DNA of 64,000 nt from contig OU015567.1 in assembly GCA_907165135.1 (NCBI GenBank), positions 15,934,001 to 15,998,000 of the forward strand, in the 5' to 3' direction. The notes under the pieces were generated by a model that saw nothing but the letters and a program-made list of their open reading frames with translations, had not been told where the DNA came from and ran no database searches. The position numbers and the translations under genes are program-made. Shown here one piece after another: positions 50,665 through 64,000 of the stretch (position 1 is the first letter of the stretch; each line of letters opens with the position of its first letter). This stretch comes from Oikopleura dioica. Taxonomy: Eukaryota; Animalia; Chordata.

Positions 50665-51676
50665 TGCTCGATTCTGTCAGGAAGAAATAATCAGGACTTC
50701 GTTCGAATCTGCAGAAGCTCATTGTTTGTCTTCGGCGAATTCGTAAACAAAACAAATACCTGAACAAATATCTTTTTGCTGATTTTTTTGCTGAAATCAA
50801 CGAAGATACTTTCCAAATTACTTTCCAGAAAATTGTTCCTGAAAAGGACGAACTTCATGAGACTTTTTCACTTGCGTCGAGGTGAGCCTCGCTCTCTCGT
50901 GCAAAGTTGGCAAACACGGAAAAGCCGCCTTTTTGCCTATGGTCGACGTGTGATAATTTTAAAACTATTTGTGGGCAAGGAAATCGTAAATAATCTGCTA
51001 ACTGCAGTTTTCTTCAGCTCGTCCGGGCAAATTGAATGGTGGGTCTAACTCTTGAGTATTCTAAGGATTGGCGGGTCAACCGGCTGGTTACTGTAAAGCA
51101 CGTTGTCACCGGCCGTTTTTTTCTAGAAATGATAGACTTATGATCATCGAACACTCGACCTGGTCGGATTGGTTGGTAGCCGACCCTAGACAGTCGGTTA
51201 AAAGACAAGAATTTTTCGATTTCCTAAAAATGCTACTAATACCATTAAATAATGTTATTGTCACTATATATTATATTTTTATTAATATAAAATTACTAAA
51301 GAGCATAATACTCTATCAGAAATTAGTAATGAAAAACGGGGAAAGAGGCCGTCTCGCTGCGTCGCCGCCAAAAGGATCATGCCTGGGGCCAAATTCGAAA
51401 TTTGGCGAATCTCGATTTTCTCCGGCGAAGTTGGTGTTTTCCCAATTAGGAGATCCCTTTTTCGCCCAGAAATCAATTTGTGTTCGCCCTCTCGGACTTT
51501 CGCTTTTTCTGGGTAGTATGAGTCAGCACGGAGGAGTGACGTCACGCTTGGTTTTAATCAAATGGGAAGAGAGGGCTCTGAAGCGCTGAAAAGGAAGAAA
51601 ATAATTTTCGACTCGTAAAAACGGAAACTCTAAATGTCGAGAAAGCAGATACAGTAGAGTGCCGACGGAAATCGAA

Positions 51677-53777
51677 ATGGCCTGCAAAAGAACGTGGATT
51701 AGAGATCATCTGAGCAGAGATGGAAATCACCTGTTAGTCGAAGTCGACCCCGATTATCTAAAGGTAGCCATTCAAAGCTGAAAATTTTTCTTTAGTCACT
51801 TTTAGTGACAGTAGAATTTAATGAAACACCACAGAAATAGGTTACAAAGTTGCAAATTTTAAAACAGCAAAGTTTTCGCACTAGCTTAGTTAGCTAAGCT
51901 TGGGAATGAATTAAACTTAGTTAGGCTGGCAGACTTTCTGGCTGGGTCACAGTTGCTAGACCTTAGCTAAACTTAGCTAAGCTGAGAGTAATTTCGGCTA
52001 ACCTAACTAAGCTAGTCATTTTGAATAAGTTCAGCCAAAAGGTCTTGCTCAGATAGCTTAGCTGAGGTCCTCAGCCTGAGTAAGATATTTAGCTAGGCTG
52101 AGCTAAGCCGACAAAATTTTTCGAAAGCCTACCATCGTGGACTTTTTTTACGGCGCCTATGACTCATAAAAAAAGGAAAGCCAGCGCGCGCAACGCATAC
52201 TTTCTCTAGATGTGCGAAATCAAATCCAATGGGGAAAGTCGATCCTGCAACGTGGCCTTGACTTTCCTCTTTTTTTAATGAGTCATAGGCGCCGTAAAAA
52301 AATCCACGATTGTAGCTTAAGCTGAACTTAGCTGGCTTCGGGCGAATGTAATAAAGCTCTAGCTATGCTGGCCCTTGCTGGAGAGTCACTTAGCTAAGCT
52401 CAGCTAAGCGATCTAAGCTTGGAAATTTGCAATTCTTATAGGCTACAATGTTGTTAGCCTTTATTGACTGAAAATGACGAATTCGGAGTAGGACCGCTTC
52501 AATCACCAAGGAATTCTTGCCGACGTCTCTGAAAAAGTAATGAAGGCCCACGGAACAACCCACGAAGCAGCAATGAAAATCATTCTCGGTACAAAACAAG
52601 CCTTCGCTCTGTAAATATGAATAATAATCACCTGTTTTCGAAGAGACGGGTTATCATTCGAGCCTTTGATTCGAGCCATCCAATATCTCTAGAATCTGGG
52701 CTAGTGGTTACGGACTGGGAAGTGGGTTAGGGCTAGGGGTTGCTCGAATGATAACCCCCTACTATCGTTTTTAGATGTGCGTCCTCCGAAAAATGCGACA
52801 CAGATGGAAAAAGACTCCGCCGAATTTTTCTATGGAATGCTGCACGCTCGATGGGCGACGACCACCATGGGGATAAAGCAGTATCGTGAAAAGTGGTACA
52901 ATGGCAAGTTTTTCAGAAGGACTCTTTTTAGTGTTTTCACTTGAAACAGAAATTAAATATTACATGATATGTAACTATATAATAAAGAGTGTGGTTACAG
53001 TCTATAGTATAGATATAATATAGTAGTACAGACTCAGGTTTCCGACACAATTGCTAAAAATTAAGAAAACTTTTAGGGTATTTCGGCGTTTGTCCGAAGT
53101 TGCGATGCGGATCAAACCTGATTCCGATCGGGCCGGACTCGGATCCCGGTCTTTCGAAAGTGAAGCTCTATTGCTACCGTTGCAATGACCTTTTCCACTG
53201 CGAGAACTCGGAGTTGGACTCTGCTTACTTCGGCCCCAACTTACCAGTAAGAACGCAAGTCGTTGTTCTTTCTCTTTACTTTTGCGAGTAGCAAATGCTG
53301 CGAATGATGTCGCCCAAGGAGCCTTTTTCGCGCGTCGTCTATTTCACAGAGAAAATCAAGCCACACTATATCGTGGACGAATACGACCAACTGGTGAACC
53401 CGAAGAATCAAGTCAAACGAGTCGCAAGCTCGATTCGCCCGCAGATCAGCGTCAACGGAGCTGGGCTCGGCAACCTGTGTAGAAAACCTGAGTCAGGTTC
53501 TGAGGAGCTTTAATGAAAAGCTGCATAGAAGCGCCTTCGCCAAAATTCAGTAATAGATTGTAATGGTTGATAAAAAAGGCGCTTTTTCAGGCCCTGACTC
53601 AGGTTTTCTACAGATGTTGCCGAGCACAGCAACGGAGATCACCCCATCGCCGTTATGGGCAATTCAGAAGTCGAGAAAACTGAAGTAGCAAAAAGAGAGC
53701 TGCTCGAGAACTTGAAAAAAAATTTGAAAATTGAAACTGTGGAAAATCTCAATTCAAATGCCGCTCCGCCAAAGTAG
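51677..53777 (+). CDS. Divergent casein kinase II beta paralogue
   Basis: TWIRDHL...LLVEVDPDYLK-DRFN, SAEFFYGMLHARW, GYFGVCPKLRC, VKLYCYRC, DSAYFGPNLP; GC-AG intron 52904-53076; 3' end depends on how the MITE at 53461 is spliced. Confidence 0.75.
51845..52437. mobile_element. hAT-like TTAGC-array MITE
   Basis: CAAAGTTGCAAATTT ... AAATTTGCAATTCTT; flanks ATAGGTTA / ATAGGCTA (7/8). Confidence 0.75.
52132..52312. mobile_element. TA-flanked Tc1/mariner-like MITE nested in the TTAGC element
   Basis: TA-CCATCGTGGACTTTTTTTACGGCGCCTATGACTCAT ... ATGAGTCATAGGCGCCGTAAAAAAATCCACGATTG-TA. Confidence 0.75.
53461..53629. mobile_element. CTGGGCTCGG-family MITE in the CK2-beta paralogue 3' coding region
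   Basis: Perfect TSD CAACGGAG (53453-53460, 53630-53637). Confidence 0.9.
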
Positions 53778-53862
53778 CCTTTTTTAAGTCGTTCTTTTTC
53801 ATCTGTAGATAGACGATGAGCAAATAAGCAGTTGCGAAAATCTGCAATCAAAATAGCCGCTC

Positions 53863-54051
53863 CTGAGTTCGGAAACCTCCGTAGAAAACCTCAGTCTCGG
53901 TCTGGAAGATTAATTATGAGAAGCCACCTAGCTTTAGATTACAAATGTTTTTAGGTTTCATTTAAAAAAAGCCGCTACGCGGGTTTCCATTTAAGATCTT
54001 TCAGACCCTGACTTGAGTCTGAAGGGTTTCTATGGAGGCTGCCGAGCTCAG
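53863..54051. mobile_element. CTGGGCTCGG-family MITE copy
   Basis: Flanks AGCCGCTC / AGCAGCGC (6/8). Confidence 0.75.
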
Positions 54052-54283
54052 AGCAGCGCAAGATAACCGAAAACTGCTTTTTAACTCTTTGTTCTCTACT
54101 GTATCTGCCTTAAAGACTACTTGTAATTTGCTGCTCACGAAAACAAACTGACTAAAGCTTGAACTCTTTCTTTTAAAGCCAAAACGAAGGCTGCGATATT
54201 CTGTGAAACTCCGTTGCTTCCGATTAAAAGAATTAACTGGCTGACTGTTTTTTTTTTTTGCATTTTCCTGATTCAGAGGGTTT

Positions 54284-55394
54284 ATGTCGTCGTCAGAAGA
54301 AGTGTCATGGATTTCTTGGTTCTGTGGTCTGAGAGGCAACGAGTTCTTTTGCGAGGTCGACGAGGACTACATCCAAGATAAATTCAACCTCACCGGGCTT
54401 AACGAGCAAGTTCCACATTACAGACAGGTACCCTTCGTTTTCGATGATAAATTCATGAAATTCCCAGAAATTGGACCAAAGTCTAAACTTTAGACTCTAA
54501 AGACTCTGGTTTTTACAGAGGTCGCACAACTGAACATTGCGCCCCTTAAGAGCAGGCTTTCTCTCGCTCCCCCTAAACTCGCCAACCTAACAAGTAAATT
54601 TGTTGTTGAAAGATGCTCTAGCATCTTAGAAATCCTAGCGATTCTGTTTGCAGACTAACAATACGCGATTTACTAGTTTAACTCTGAACTCGTTCAGGCG
54701 CTGGATATGATTTTGGATCTGGAGCCGGATGACGACCTGGATGACAACCCGAACCAAAACGATCTGATTGAGCAGGCGGCGGAGATGCTCTACGGGCTCA
54801 TTCACGCGCGATATATTTTGACAAATAGAGGAATTGCACAGATGGTAGAAAAGTACCACCAAGGCGACTTCGGACACTGCCCAAGGTCAGCCACTCTCTT
54901 TTTAAGCGAGTTTGATTGTTTTCAGAGTTTATTGCGAGAACCACCAAATGCTGCCGATCGGCCTCTCGGATATGCCAGGAGAAGGTAAGCACTTGTTCCT
55001 CCCCTGGGCTCGGCAACCTGATAGGTAGAAAACCTGAGTCAGGTTCTTAAAACTTTAAATGAAAAGCCGCGAAGCGGCTTTTGCAGGTTGTAGAGTCGAG
55101 CTCCTCCACGACTAATCCGAAGCTCTTAGCAATGGTGAAGCTCTACTGCCCAAAATGCCAGGAAATCTACAATCCGAAGTCTAGCAGACACCACCACACA
55201 GATGGCGCCTATTTCGGCACCGGATTTCCAGTAATTAGAAAAAAATCGATCGCAATCTATTTTTGTTGTAGCACATGCTGTTTATGGTTCACCCAGAGTA
55301 TCGCCCGAAACGGCCGACTTCCCAGTTCGTCGCTCGCCTTTACGGCTTCAAGATCCACCCGATGGCTTACCAGCTGCAACAGGCACCGGGTTGA
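54284..55394 (+). CDS. CSNK2B: Casein kinase II subunit beta (canonical)
   Basis: [88 protein letters not shown]. Confidence 0.97.
55004..55100. mobile_element. Internally deleted CTGGGCTCGG-family MITE in a CSNK2B intron
   Basis: Left TIR intact; flanks TTCCTCCC / CTCCTCCA (6/8). Confidence 0.65.
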
Positions 55395-55686
55395 GACTGA
55401 TCTATCGCTTGCGAGCCTCAGTTCGCCGCTTTAAATCCCTAAAACCCGTCGATCAGCAAGCCAACGCGAACCTCCACAAAAAAGCACTTCAGCGCCATTA
55501 GGAAGAACTAGCCTGATAAACGATGCTGAATAAAGTCCCATGAACATATTTTAACTTCGCCGTGTGAACTTCTTCTCGACCTTGATTTCCACAGTCTCAA
55601 TTTTCATTCGCGACCAAAAACCTTAGTTGGGCAAAACTTTACCTGCCACTCAGCTTCCAACCTATAGGACTATTTTTACCAAATTT

Positions 55687-56013
55687 TTTGGGTGACGGGC
55701 GGCCACGTTCTGCCAGAACGGCGTTCTGCAAAAACAGAACGGCGTTCTGCAAATGCAGAATGGCGTTCTGCATGATAATTTTTTTTACGATGTAACATGA
55801 TTTTTATCAGTTTTAACGCATTCAGCTAAGCTTCAAGAATATTTGGCGCCTCTTGGCCGGTACCCGAAGAAAATCATTTTTGGCCGGCTAGGGTTAAGAC
55901 AGGCGCGAAGCGCATATATTTTGAGTGCAGAACGCCGTTCTGCATTTACAGAACGCCATTCTGCATTTGCAGAACGCCGTTCTGCTGCAGAACGTGGCCG
56001 CCCTACACCCAAT
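55687..56013. mobile_element. Inverted-repeat MITE with CAGAACG(C/G) arrays
   Basis: GGGCGGCCACGTTCTG ... CAGAACGTGGCCGCCCTA; repeated GTTCTGC on the left, GCAGAAC on the right. Confidence 0.7.
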
Positions 56014-56243
56014 TTTTTAAATAATTTAATAAGTACACGACATATGCGGTCAATCTTCGGGGTAGAATCCCGAAGAGCTAGCAATATAATAAGCGGTCAA
56101 TCTAGACCAATTTATCTTCTCCTTTCAGACTGGCTAATTATCGCTGTAAATTACAGCCTGTAAATATAAGTGTTACAAAATTTAAATTACTCCTGAAAAC
56201 CGAGAAGCCGCTTCGAATAAAAGGAAATCTAAGCCATCGGAGC

Positions 56244-56418
56244 CTGGGCTCGGCAACCTGTGTAGAAACCTGAGTAAGGTTCTATTATTATTACAATTTG
56301 TATTCAAATATCAGCGAAGCCGTTATGCAGCTTCGTCTTTTAAAAAGCCACTACGCGGCATTTTATTTTAGCTCTTCGGAACCTGACTCAGGTTTTTCAC
56401 ACAGGTTGCCTAGCCCGG
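56244..56418. mobile_element. CTGGGCTCGG-family MITE copy
   Basis: Near-consensus TIRs. Confidence 0.8.
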
Positions 56419-56857
56419 ATTCGAGGGGCTTTTCTATATTATCTCTCGATATCATTATTAATTTCTTTAAATAACTGTTTCGCAGTGCTTGATTTTCAGC
56501 AAAATCTTACTTAAGAAACATTGTTTCCAGTTTGTGAATTCCATCGAAAATTATTCTGTCTGTGGAGAGAAAATTGCGGTACTTTCTATATTTATCTCTT
56601 CCGAAAAGAGCAAAGTTATGAAGTTTGACCAATATTTTATTTAAATTTTTTTCTTTTTTAATTTACTTCTCGAAAATTTTTACTCCCAAAAGACCGAAAT
56701 CGTTTTTCCTTTCTTTTCATTTCTCGTGCTTCGACTAACTTTTTTGTTCAAATCGTTAATCCTAACCATCTCAGCAAGAACTCAGCCTAGAACAATAAGA
56801 ATCAGTTCTTAGACTAAGTAAGCGCCTTCCTGAATTTAATCGTTCGCAGAAAATCAG

Positions 56858-63648
<6,791 letters not shown>

Positions 63649-64000
63649 TTTTACCTAAATAACTTTCTGTTTTCAATTTCCAGACCCTTTAAATTTGCTG
63701 TTATGCTCGACTTTCTCTAACTTTTTCTTTTCAATTACAGAGAAATTTCAGAACACAACCTTGGAGTGGTCATTACCCAAAAAAATATATAGCCATTCGT
63801 CATTTTAGATTTTTTAACATGGAAAATTTACCTTCGTGGACTTCTCAATCTCTCATACAGGTATCGTATTTCTGCATCGTCTAAAATATCGAGAGCTTGT
63901 GTTCTGAATAGGTGCATTCAGACGCTGTCCAGCTTGACGGACTCGAAAATCGAGCAAAGCGTTGAAAAGAGCGAGTCCGAGTATAGAACGGTCTCAATCA

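Overview
Compact, intron-rich animal genomic DNA. The ~35-50 nt introns, GA/GC/GG 5' splice donors, tightly packed same-strand genes and Thr-rich secreted proteins point to a larvacean tunicate of the Oikopleura type (inference, not a database result). Genes recognised by eye: hnRNP L (3' end), POLR2I, HADH, NAA10 with a Rab12-like gene nested antisense in an intron, NOL10 (hosting a U6-C77 guide snoRNA), a mucin/three-finger secreted protein, a peptide-type GPCR, TMLHE, a C2H2 ZNF, a LITAF/BRI3-like gene, a YHYH-domain secreted protein, a carotenoid oxygenase, a divergent SK-type K+ channel, two tandem CK2-beta genes and NPEPL1 with a nested antisense prepropeptide-like gene. Non-coding space is full of non-autonomous DNA transposons: 8-bp-TSD hAT-like MITEs, TTAA-flanked Kolobok/piggyBac-like elements and TA-flanked Tc1/pogo-like elements, often nested. 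The strongest signal is that 8-bp-TSD MITEs sit inside coding exons (TMLHE, an unknown gene, the carotenoid oxygenase, the divergent CK2-beta). In TMLHE the element plus its TSD forms a GC-AG intron whose removal exactly restores the reading frame, an introner-like route to intron gain that exploits this lineage's relaxed G-N donor. All gene models were spliced by eye and need RNA-seq confirmation.
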